IMG/VR virus record: IMGVR_UViG_3300045918_000157
Coordinates: 1-64,000 of that record
DNA: 64,000 nt
Reading direction: 5' to 3' (one strand)
DNA from: a virus
Part shown: piece by piece, positions 9,117 to 18,200 of the stretch
Position numbering within the stretch: the stretch's first letter is position 1
Layout of the letters: every line of letters begins with the position of its first letter
Notes under the pieces: model-generated
Seen by the model: only the letters and a program-made list of their open reading frames with translations
Database searches by the model: none
What the model was told of the DNA's origin: nothing
Program-made: the position numbers and the translations under genes

Positions 9117-10283
9117 ATGGAACAAGCAATTGGTATTTTTGACGAACAAGGTGAAGTACACCAAGCTGAGGTCGGCCTTGGTGCCTTGCAGCGCGCTAGT
9201 GCTGAGGGTTACAAGCACATTGGCGCAATGCTTGATGTGATGTACCCGACAAAAGAGGGCCAGCCAACTGCTACGCAGCAGATGTATTCTCGCCTTGGTG
9301 CTGGACGAAAGAGCGTTACGATGGGCTTTGCTATGCAAGGTCTAGGCTTTACAGCTGGTGCCATCACTGAAGAAGGTGCAATCTCTGGCCGCTTGGCTAC
9401 CGTGGCCTACTTGATGGACTCCATCGAAAACAAGTTGACCTCGACTGACTATGGCATCAGTGCTATCTTCAACAGTCAAGCGGCTACTATCGACACCATC
9501 CCCGGCACCAAGTTTGACCGTCCTGTGCTTGACTTCACACGCGCCGAACAAGGGCGTAGCCGCGCTATCGCTCAGTTGGCAGAACCTGCCAGCATGTTGC
9601 TGATTACTGCATCTGACAAATCTGCAAAGATCGCCGGTACGTCTATCGGTCTTGAGATTTCGGATGAAGCAGCGAACTCTACGAGTTTGGCACTGGTCAC
9701 CCTGTCTATGGGTCGTCAGGCTGAAGTTGAGAACCTTGAGCGCGTTGAGATGCAGATACTGGCCTTCCTCAATGGTGATCCTGACATTGGTATGGGTCCA
9801 CTGTCTGGTGTTCCCGGCGCTGTCAAAAATGCAAAGACTGACTTTGATGCAACGTTGACTGTTCCCGGCACGTTGTCACAAAAAGCATGGGTGGCATGGC
9901 TGTTTAACGGCAGTCGCTATCGTCAGGTTACGACTATCATCACTGACTTGGCCGGTGCGCTTGCTATCGAAAATCGTGCTGGTCGCCCGCTTGTTGGCAG
10001 CAACTTTGGCACCAGCAATCGTGTGGACATCATTGAGTCCATCCTGAATCCAACTTGGCCTGACAAGGTATCTGTCATAATCAGCCAAGACCCCAACTGG
10101 CCGGCCAACACCATTGTTGGTTACGACAAGCAGTACGGCTACAGTATTGTAAACAGTACAGCTTTGTCGTACACGGCGACGGCAGAGTTTGCCATACGCA
10201 GAAGTCGGAAGCTACGTGTGGACTCAGGTTCAATCTCGTATAGATTATTCGATCAAGCATGGACGGTCCTAACCTTGACGTAA
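9117..10283 (+). CDS. major capsid protein
   Basis: 388 aa, CAGGAG RBS, canonical position, followed by a terminator. Confidence 0.85.
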   Translation: MEQAIGIFDEQGEVHQAEVGLGALQRASAEGYKHIGAMLDVMYPTKEGQPTATQQMYSRLGAGRKSVTMGFAMQGLGFTAGAITEEGAISGRLATVAYLMDSIENKLTSTDYGISAIFNSQAATIDTIPGTKFDRPVLDFTRAEQGRSRAIAQLAEPASMLLITASDKSAKIAGTSIGLEISDEAANSTSLALVTLSMGRQAEVENLERVEMQILAFLNGDPDIGMGPLSGVPGAVKNAKTDFDATLTVPGTLSQKAWVAWLFNGSRYRQVTTIITDLAGALAIENRAGRPLVGSNFGTSNRVDIIESILNPTWPDKVSVIISQDPNWPANTIVGYDKQYGYSIVNSTALSYTATAEFAIRRSRKLRVDSGSISYRLFDQAWTVLTLT

Positions 10284-10323
10284 GAACGGCTCTATTTGAC
10301 CTAAGTCGGGCGAAGTTCACAAG

Positions 10324-10346
10324 GCCCTCCACGAGAGGGCTTTTTT
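10324..10346 (+). terminator. Rho-independent terminator after the capsid gene
   Basis: GCCCTC-CACGA-GAGGGC followed by TTTTTT. Confidence 0.85.
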
Positions 10347-10368
10347 CTTGTATTAACGAAAGACCTAA

Positions 10369-10647
10369 ATGACTGATACTGCAAAATTTGCTGCGAAACC
10401 GGGTTCGGACTCTACTACTGAAGTCAAGCGCGTTGCAGAGGTGGATGTGAAGACACCGGCGGCTGATGTGAAGACACCGGCGGTGGAAAAACCGAAGGCG
10501 TCTAAGAAGATGGTGGTAACTGTGCACGGCGATATGCACGACCCTATGACAGGCGTGAGCTACACGCTTGCCCCTCAAGAGTTGTTTCAGCCTTCTGGAT
10601 GGGTTGATTCACAAATTGAGGCAGGAAAAATGAAGTACGTGGACTAA
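10369..10647 (+). CDS. hypothetical head-region protein
   Basis: 92 aa with a duplicated DVKTPA motif, in the operon. Confidence 0.7.
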   Translation: MTDTAKFAAKPGSDSTTEVKRVAEVDVKTPAADVKTPAVEKPKASKKMVVTVHGDMHDPMTGVSYTLAPQELFQPSGWVDSQIEAGKMKYVD

Positions 10648-10650
10648 AGG

Positions 10651-11151
10651 ATGCCGCTACTGCGCTACACCAGCTACGACGAAATTCGGGCTGTGCTTGG
10701 TGTATCGGCAACGGAATTGACTGATGAGGCCTTAAATCAGCCAATGTACGACACTCATGCGCTGATTGCGCTTGATGATGTAGTAGTTGGTATTCCAACT
10801 GTTTTCGATACATTTTCAGAACTTTCGGTGAAGACTGAAGCGCAGACTAGGTTTATAGGCCTAGTCTGCTTGTATGTTCCATACGCTATCGCAAAGCAGT
10901 TATTGACATCGCTACCGATGTTCGGTATTCAGCAGCTGACTGATGGTAGAGCAGGATTTCAGCGAAATAGCAACGCAGCAATCTACGACTCTGTAAGAAC
11001 CTCTGTACAGCTTGTGCTTGGTGACATCAAGTTAAGACTTGCTGTGAGTTACTATGGAGTCACTGATACAGTTGCTGTATCATCATCGTCTGTTACTCAA
11101 GTATTTGCTATTAGTACTGGTATTTTGCGCGATCCTGTAACAAACTTGTAA
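10651..11151 (+). CDS. putative head-tail adaptor
   Basis: YTSYDEIRAVLG N-terminus typical of gp6/gp15-like adaptors, and position. Confidence 0.6.
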   Translation: MPLLRYTSYDEIRAVLGVSATELTDEALNQPMYDTHALIALDDVVVGIPTVFDTFSELSVKTEAQTRFIGLVCLYVPYAIAKQLLTSLPMFGIQQLTDGRAGFQRNSNAAIYDSVRTSVQLVLGDIKLRLAVSYYGVTDTVAVSSSSVTQVFAISTGILRDPVTNL

Positions 11152-11157
11152 TAGCCG

Positions 11158-11988
11158 ATGCCGCTGCTATCTGACATCAGCAAACATTTTGACGACATCG
11201 ACATTTTTGATGGGTATAGCCGTGCAAAGTTATTTAAGGGTCAGGTAAGTTCATTTAACGAAACCTCACCAGACGGTAGCACCAATAAGAAACGCACGAT
11301 CAGTGTAGTTCCGGGTACTGTTATGCCACCGCGTAGGGTAATCAGTTACTTCGATGAGATGTGGATTGTCGGTGACGGAAATACAGACGGCCTGCAAAAT
11401 AGGGCGCTTAGAACTGCTTACTGGACGCGCAAGGTTATCGACTTGGCTATACGGCTTACACCGGGTGAGGTGTGCAATGACATACCGGGCTATGAGCTTG
11501 CTACTAGCAAAGAGTATCTAAAAGATACGGTAAACTATGTCACTGATAGCGATTATGACCCGCAATGGGACTTTACTATCAGTATAAGTGAGAACGTATT
11601 TAAAGGTCAGTTTATCAGTACAGGCAGCAAGTTGTTTCGCGTACGCTCAGTACACACGACAGCAGGCGGATTCCTGTTAGCTAACGCTGATGAATTAGAT
11701 GGGTCACCGCGGGTTCCCGTAACGCTGACAACGGTAGGTGACTATGACCCTGTTCTCGATACCCGCGCTGGCGTGGTTACGAACACATTCGGTATCTTTT
11801 TTGACCCCTCAAAACTTTTCCGATTTGCGTCCCAAGCAGACCCTCGAATTCTATCCGGGGATATGACCTTGATCCTTGCAATGCCTGCCCCCGTAGGCTC
11901 TCTGGTGAGCTTGGCGAGGGCTAATTGGAAGGTTCTGACCAGCACGCCCGAGCTTGACGGCTACAACCTGCATATTCGGAGGGCCTGA
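11158..11988 (+). CDS. putative head closure / virion structural protein
   Basis: C-terminal GDYDPVLD...GDM stopper-like motif, and position. Confidence 0.55.
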   Translation: MPLLSDISKHFDDIDIFDGYSRAKLFKGQVSSFNETSPDGSTNKKRTISVVPGTVMPPRRVISYFDEMWIVGDGNTDGLQNRALRTAYWTRKVIDLAIRLTPGEVCNDIPGYELATSKEYLKDTVNYVTDSDYDPQWDFTISISENVFKGQFISTGSKLFRVRSVHTTAGGFLLANADELDGSPRVPVTLTTVGDYDPVLDTRAGVVTNTFGIFFDPSKLFRFASQADPRILSGDMTLILAMPAPVGSLVSLARANWKVLTSTPELDGYNLHIRRA

Positions 11989-12515
11989 TGGGGTCAACCG
12001 TGGATATGGCTAAGTGGGTGAAGATGAGCGATGCCGTAATGAAGGGTGTGCATGAGAATGCAAATGAGAAAGTTAGAAGGCGCGTAAAATTGGTATTGGA
12101 TGAAGCTGTTAGAGTAAGTCCGCAGTGGTCTGGTAACTATGCAGTTAATTGGGGTGTAGAGACTAATCAGACTGGAACATGGAGACAGCAACGCACACTT
12201 AAAGTAGACCCATGGAGAAATTTACAGTCATGGGATATTGGCGCATCAGAGACTAAAGCCGATCATAGCAGGACAGCGTTAGGGTGGGCCAAGAGTGCTG
12301 GAGACTTGACTGCTATTGCTGCAGCAAAGAAAAACTCTAACTACGAGAATATAGCTAGCATAAAGTGGAACACCAATGTCAGGCTTGTAAATAGATCGCA
12401 AGTTGCCGGAGAGCTAGACGCTGGCACCATAAAACTTCGTCGTGTCAACTTGATAGAAGCGCCACTAGGTGTGAAATTATATCTACAAAACAGGTTTCCA
12501 AATCTAGTTAGTTAA
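11988..12515 (+). CDS. neck / tail completion protein (HK97 gp10-like)
   Basis: SPQWSGNYAVNW resembles the gp10-type P-x-x-TG-x-x-x-x-SW motif. Confidence 0.6.
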   Translation: MGSTVDMAKWVKMSDAVMKGVHENANEKVRRRVKLVLDEAVRVSPQWSGNYAVNWGVETNQTGTWRQQRTLKVDPWRNLQSWDIGASETKADHSRTALGWAKSAGDLTAIAAAKKNSNYENIASIKWNTNVRLVNRSQVAGELDAGTIKLRRVNLIEAPLGVKLYLQNRFPNLVS

Positions 12516-12516
12516 C

Positions 12517-12939
12517 ATGTCAAGAGAACAAATACGTCAAGATATAGCCTCTGCAATAGACGCCCTAAAGGCAGATTTTCCCGGAGGCTACTTAATACTG
12601 ATTGAGTATGACAATATTCTTCTTGTAGACACGCAGTATCAGATAAATCCATACTTACGGGTTGACATCAAGTATATAGACATGGAGCAAGCAGACCTGT
12701 CTGATAACCCTATGCACAGGATACATGGACAAATAATACTGGCTGCTGGTGTTAAGGAGGGTGGTGGAACTAGAGCAGCTAACACTATCCTTGACTACTT
12801 CTATCCAAAGCTGCAACGCAGAACGTTTGGCATTGTGCACACGCACATGGCTACGGTTGGGCCTGACGTACCGCACTTGGGCTGGCTGTACTCGCCGGTA
12901 GTAATCCCTTTTTGGGTTGATTTACAGTACGCTCTGTAG
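12517..12939 (+). CDS. tail terminator protein
   Basis: 140 aa immediately before the tail tube gene, with a W...V.IPF C-terminus. Confidence 0.65.
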   Translation: MSREQIRQDIASAIDALKADFPGGYLILIEYDNILLVDTQYQINPYLRVDIKYIDMEQADLSDNPMHRIHGQIILAAGVKEGGGTRAANTILDYFYPKLQRRTFGIVHTHMATVGPDVPHLGWLYSPVVIPFWVDLQYAL

Positions 12940-13058
12940 ACCCCTGATTAGCATAAGTTCAATATAGTCTCTCCAAAATCAGGAAGTCCAAGCTGTTATG
13001 TAGCGTCGGCACCGTAGACTTTAGGCATTGATTTTTCATTGCCATTTTGGAGCCTACT

Positions 13059-14270
13059 ATGCCTCTCGCATCATCCAGCCTTGTCACCGTCCGTGCGATC
13101 AAAGAAGCCGTATTCGGCGTCACGCCGGTGGCGGGTAATCCTACCGTGCTTCGTATCAAGTCCGAGTCTCTGAATTTTGACATCACCAAAACAGCTTCGG
13201 CTGAAATCAACGCATCGCGCACCATTAGCTCGGTGTCTCCGACCTCTGCAAAAGCGTCTGGAACGCTAGGGATAGAGATGCGGGCGCTTGGTCTTGAGGA
13301 CTTTTTCGAGTCTGCAATGCAGGCTGTATTCACTGACTTCGGTACTATTGGCCTTGGTATTGCTACACCAACAGCTACCATTAGTGCTACTGCAATTACG
13401 GCATCAGCGGCCACTGCTGGCACTAGCCTATTTACCACACTTGCAATGGGGCAGTGGTTCCGTGTGCTGAGTGTCGGTGTAAATAACGGCAAGATTTTGC
13501 GTGTCAGTACCATTACGCCGCCAACGGCTACTGTGCTGACTCTAGACTTGAATACACCAGCTACTGTCAGTGCAGCTGAGTCTATTCAGATTCAAGCCGC
13601 ACGGCTTACTCATGGCACTACACAGAGTAGCTGGTCTATCGAAAAGCAGATGACTGACATCGGTGTGTTTATCAACTATGTTGGTATGACACCTGATAAG
13701 TTCAGCCTGAAGGTAGCTTCCGGTGCTCTAAGCGAAGCGTCATTTGACTTTATTGGCAAGAGCGCATTGGAATCCAATGTTACAGCGCTGCCCGGTACTC
13801 CAGTTCCTGCTGATGCCTATGATGTTCATTCCGGTGTTAGTGGTGCTACAAATGCTGTATGGATGGATGGCGTTCCTGTAGTCGGCACTTATGTCAAGTC
13901 TGTTGACCTGAGTTTTGCTAATAGTTTGCGCTCTCAAGAGGCTATCGGCACACTTGGTGCAGTAGGTATTGGTTCCGGTACCATTCAATGCACTATGAAT
14001 ATGTCAGTCTATTTTGCTGACAAGACAACGTTCCAGAAGTTCCGTACTAATGTAAATGGCGCTATCAGTTTTGCTACAACTGATTCTGCTGGTAATGGCT
14101 ACATCTTTACTGCACCTGTCTGTAACGTCACTACGTGGAAGTCGTCTGCTGGTGCAAAAGATCAAGACCAAATGGTTGACATGACGCTGACTGCGCTTAA
14201 CGATGTCAGTAACCCTAATGTAGCACTACGCAAGTTGCTGTTTATTGATCGGGTTGGCGCGGCAGTCTAA
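13059..14270 (+). CDS. major tail tube protein
   Basis: KEAVFGVTP N-terminus and SWSIEK motif, GGAG RBS before ATG 13059, followed by a terminator. Confidence 0.85.
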   Translation: MPLASSSLVTVRAIKEAVFGVTPVAGNPTVLRIKSESLNFDITKTASAEINASRTISSVSPTSAKASGTLGIEMRALGLEDFFESAMQAVFTDFGTIGLGIATPTATISATAITASAATAGTSLFTTLAMGQWFRVLSVGVNNGKILRVSTITPPTATVLTLDLNTPATVSAAESIQIQAARLTHGTTQSSWSIEKQMTDIGVFINYVGMTPDKFSLKVASGALSEASFDFIGKSALESNVTALPGTPVPADAYDVHSGVSGATNAVWMDGVPVVGTYVKSVDLSFANSLRSQEAIGTLGAVGIGSGTIQCTMNMSVYFADKTTFQKFRTNVNGAISFATTDSAGNGYIFTAPVCNVTTWKSSAGAKDQDQMVDMTLTALNDVSNPNVALRKLLFIDRVGAAV

Positions 14271-14294
14271 GCTTTAAATCGGGGTTGTTGGTTC

Positions 14295-14326
14295 GCCTCT
14301 CGGTGGAAACATCGGGAGGCTTTTTT
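14295..14326 (+). terminator. Rho-independent terminator
   Basis: GCCTCTCGGTG-GAAA-CATCGGGAGGC followed by TTTTTT. Confidence 0.88.
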
Positions 14327-14415
14327 GCGCCTGTGCATACCAATATTGCACTTGTCCTATGTGCTTTGATGGCACAGGCTCGATAATGCAGTTTCCAACA
14401 ACCTCAGGATACACA

Positions 14416-14829
14416 ATGTCTGCTATAGACCTATTTGCCGCGTTTGCTACTAATGAGACTACTGAAAAAGAAGGCACTCCTACTCAAATTCCGGGAGCGG
14501 GTGACACTATTTTTACCGTTGCACGGTCCGGTAACAAGAATTACGCAAAGCTGATTCAACGGCTTGTCAAGCAACATCGTGCAGTACTTGACTCAAAAGG
14601 TGACGCGGCTGAAGCCAAGAGTGATGAGATTTTTGTAGAAGTACTTGCTAAGACTGTCCTGCTTGGGTGGGAAGGTAAAGTAAATATCAAAGGTGAGTGG
14701 ACATCATACAGCTACGATGCAGCAGTTATGCTGTTGAAACTAAAAGAGTTCCGCGTTGCAGTGGGCAAAGTTGCAGAAGACATGGAAAACTTCAAGGTTA
14801 TTAAAGACGAAGAAGACGCAAAAAACTAG
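14416..14829 (+). CDS. tail assembly chaperone (gpG analogue)
   Basis: LLGWEG motif, position between tail tube and tape measure, ends in a slippery heptamer. Confidence 0.8.
   Translation: MSAIDLFAAFATNETTEKEGTPTQIPGAGDTIFTVARSGNKNYAKLIQRLVKQHRAVLDSKGDAAEAKSDEIFVEVLAKTVLLGWEGKVNIKGEWTSYSYDAAVMLLKLKEFRVAVGKVAEDMENFKVIKDEEDAKN
14820..14826 (+). other. programmed -1 ribosomal frameshift site A AAA AAC
   Basis: GCA AAA AAC TAG. The -1 frame is open (KLAEWFEWELRWGDKLKFLHEMWEE...) and continuous with ORF 14886..15161. Confidence 0.85.
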
Positions 14830-15161
14830 CAGAGTGGTTTGAGTGGGAGCTACGGTGGGGTGACAAACTCAAATTTCTCCATGAGATGTGGGAAGAGAGA
14901 GGGGTTAAGCCACCAGCACTTGCTAACAGACCAGTATTGCTAGACATTTGGGTATGGCCGCATAGTGTGTGGCAGGAGCTATCGGGAAGTAGGCCTTCCA
15001 CTGAGCATAGCCTACCACTAATATCATTCAGTGAAGTAGCTATCTACGGGATGGTACATGGATGTAGTAATCTTGAAGTTGCTGACCTTTGGGATGACCT
15101 ACACCGCATCGACAAAGCGTGGCGCAATGAGGTCATCAAGATACGCGAATCACAAGCCTAA
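14826..15161 (+). CDS. frameshift extension of the tail chaperone (gpGT analogue)
   Basis: Open -1 frame with W.ELS.SR...PLI motif typical of DUF1799-like chaperone tails. Confidence 0.75.
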   Translation, partial: LAEWFEWELRWGDKLKFLHEMWEERGVKPPALANRPVLLDIWVWPHSVWQELSGSRPSTEHSLPLISFSEVAIYGMVHGCSNLEVADLWDDLHRIDKAWRNEVIKIRESQA

Positions 15162-15238
15162 TACCACAGAAAACCCGTTTTATGCTGGCTTTTCCTTTAA
15201 AATGAGCGCCACTACAAGCACTAACCCTAGGAACTGTC

Positions 15239-18200
15239 TTGTCTGACATACTAATTAACACGCAGGAAATACAGGCAGAAGTAGCTCAGGTAGAAAAATC
15301 GCTTGAAAAGCTGACTAAGGTAATCAGAGCCTTAGATAGTGCAAAGATAAACTCTATTCAAGCAGAGTTAAAAAAGCTCTCAAGTAGCTCTGCTACTGAG
15401 GTACAGCAAATGGCTGCAAATATTCAATCCGCATTGGATATGGCTATAGACATACAGAAAAATCACTCAGCCAAAAGCCTTGGTATCACTAGGGATCAGT
15501 ACAGCCAGATGTTAGCTGGAGCAAGAGCTAATGTGTCAGAAGTAGCAGCTGCCGAGAAAGTAGGATACGACCAAAGACTTGCTGCGCAGATGGCATTCGA
15601 CTTGCAGAAAACTCAGGCTGCTTTCGGTGCTTTTAGGGTGGCTAGACGCGCAAGTGAGGATGCGGCCATCGCCAAGGAAACCTCTGACATGAAAGAACTT
15701 GTTCAGGCTAAGGTTCACTCAAAGGAAATGATACAGGTAGAGGTCAATAAAGCTTTAGCTATCGCACAGGCCAACGGTTCATACTTTACTAGGTACAACC
15801 CAACAGATATGAGCAAATCTGGTGCCCGTGTAAATATGTTCGGTGCTACTAAAGATGCAAAAGACGGTATAGTAGCTAGTGGTGACTACTCAAGCCTTGA
15901 TAGCGGTAGGGTATTCAGAATTAGGAACGCTGAAGCCCTTATGAATATGCCGTCTAAGGAAGATTGGTTATTTGCTACTGCTAAAGCAGCAGAAGAGGCA
16001 TCTGTATTTGCTAAGGCTGCACAGCTACAGGTAAAATCCGCAACAATTCAGGCTAGTGGAGACTATTCCAGCCTATCTAGTGGACGAACGTTCAGGATTA
16101 GGAATGCTGAACTACTGATGAATATGCCCTCAAAGGAAGAGTGGCTATTTGCCACTGCTAAGGCAGCAGAAGAAGCAAATGCCTCTGCTAAAGCTGCTCA
16201 GATTCAAGTAAAAGCAGCCACCATCGGTGCAGTTGGAGAATATTCAGGACTTGCAAGTGGTCGTCTATTCAGGATTAGGAATGCTGAACTTTTCATGAAT
16301 ATGCCTTCCAAGGAAGAGTGGCTATTTGCCACTGCCAAGGCAGCAGACGAGGCAACTGCATCTGCTAGGTCTGCTCAAGCACAAGTCAAAGCAGCAACAA
16401 TAGCTGCTGGTGGAGACTACTCCAGTCTTGCAAGTGGCCGCATGTTCAGGATTAAAAATGCTGAACTGTTTATGAATATGCCCTCAAAGGAAGAGTGGCT
16501 ATTTGCTACGGCTAAAGCTGTAGCTGAAGCAGAGGCTGCTACTAAGCTGGCACGTGCACAGGTAGCAGCAGCTACTAACTCAGCTACCGGAATGTATCAA
16601 AGGTATAGCACAACTACAGGTCTATCTGGTGGATTAGTAAATTCAGCTGCAACAGCTAATGCCGCAGCAGCAGCTACAGCAGCAGGCGCAGCAGCTGCTG
16701 CTGCTCTTCCTCACACTGAAGCACTAGGTGGAGCATTCCGCAAACTAACTGTTGATGGAAATGATCTTCACTCCATGGCACGGGGTTTGTCTATGGGTTT
16801 TGGGCAAATGGCCCTCACCTATGGCAGTATATTACCGCTTCTAGCCGGAGCAGCTATATCATTATCATTTGCAAAATCTGTTAAAGACGGTGTAAAATTC
16901 GCAGAGACTCTATTTGCAATAGGAGAGCTTGCGGGTGTTGCTGGAAAAGACCTAGCAAACATGACAGATACTGTGCTTTCAATGGGGCAGTCAACGCAGT
17001 ACGGACCTTTACAACTTGCAGAAGGCATAAAGGTACTTTCGCTAGCTGGTCTTAAGGCTGGTGAAGCGATGGATGCTTTAAAGCCCACTCTCAACTTTGC
17101 AGCAGCGGGTGACGTAAAACTTGAAGCAGCGGCTGCTACATTAGTATCAGTAGCAACAGCCTATAAATATTCAGCCAAAGACTTTTCAGCAGTTGGCGAC
17201 ATCATTGCTAAGACAGCTGCAGATACGATGGCGTCTGTTACTGACATGTCAGAGGCATTTAAAACATCTTCCGTACTAGCACAGCAGTATGGTATATCGC
17301 TGATGGATACAGCTACAGCGCTTGGTATGCTTGCTCAGATTGGAATTAGAGGCACAGCAGCAGGTACATCATGGAGAAACATGATGACTGAGTTTAATAA
17401 AGAGTCCGGTAAAGCCGCTGCGTCTGTTAAGTACCTTAGCATTGAGATGAAGAACCTTGAAACAGGTGCTGCGCGTCCAATAATGGATATTATGCAGGAA
17501 CTGTCGGCAAAACTTGTCGTTAAGACTAGCAAAGCCCAAGACTCTATTCTACAAGACATGACCAATGAGCGCGGCAATAAAGCTACTGCAGCTTTTCAAG
17601 CCGATGTGTTGGCTATGGTGAATAAGACTAACCCGCTTCTCAGAGAGCAAGCTGACTACTACTATAAGATAGGCAAGAACCTTGAAGGCGATAAAGTTAA
17701 CATAGATGCTGTAAATTCTGCCTATGTGAAAATGCGCGAAAAAACTTCGGAAGATCAAGCTGGAATGCCAGGGTTTGCGTTTCTTAAGAATCTTGAGGGG
17801 CAGTTCACGCCTTTAAAACAGTATGAGGGTGCACTGGCATCTCTAGAGACTGCGTTTGTAAAAGCCTTTGGCGCTGGTGAAGGTGCGCTTATGGACCTTG
17901 GATTGCTACTAAGAGCTACGTTTAACAGTGCTGATTTTCAAGCTACAATATCGGCTATGGTAGGCGGTGTATCTTCAGCAATGCTTACTTTAGCGAGCGT
18001 CACAAAGACAGCAGCAGACCTGATTAAGTTTGCCATGCAGGATTCATTAATAGCAATTGGTGTAGTTATAGGCGCTTACGGACTGTACTCAGTGGCTGCT
18101 GGATTTGCTGCTACTTCTACGGCATGGTTAGCAAGCGTAATTGTAGCAAATACTGCTGTTACGGCTACCTCTGCTGCTGCAACAGGTGTTGCTGCCACTG

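Noticed and set aside
15881-16588. Long repeats as DGR template/variable repeats
   Set aside because: The repeats are in-frame tandem coding units, differences are not adenine-specific, and there is no reverse transcriptase in the window.
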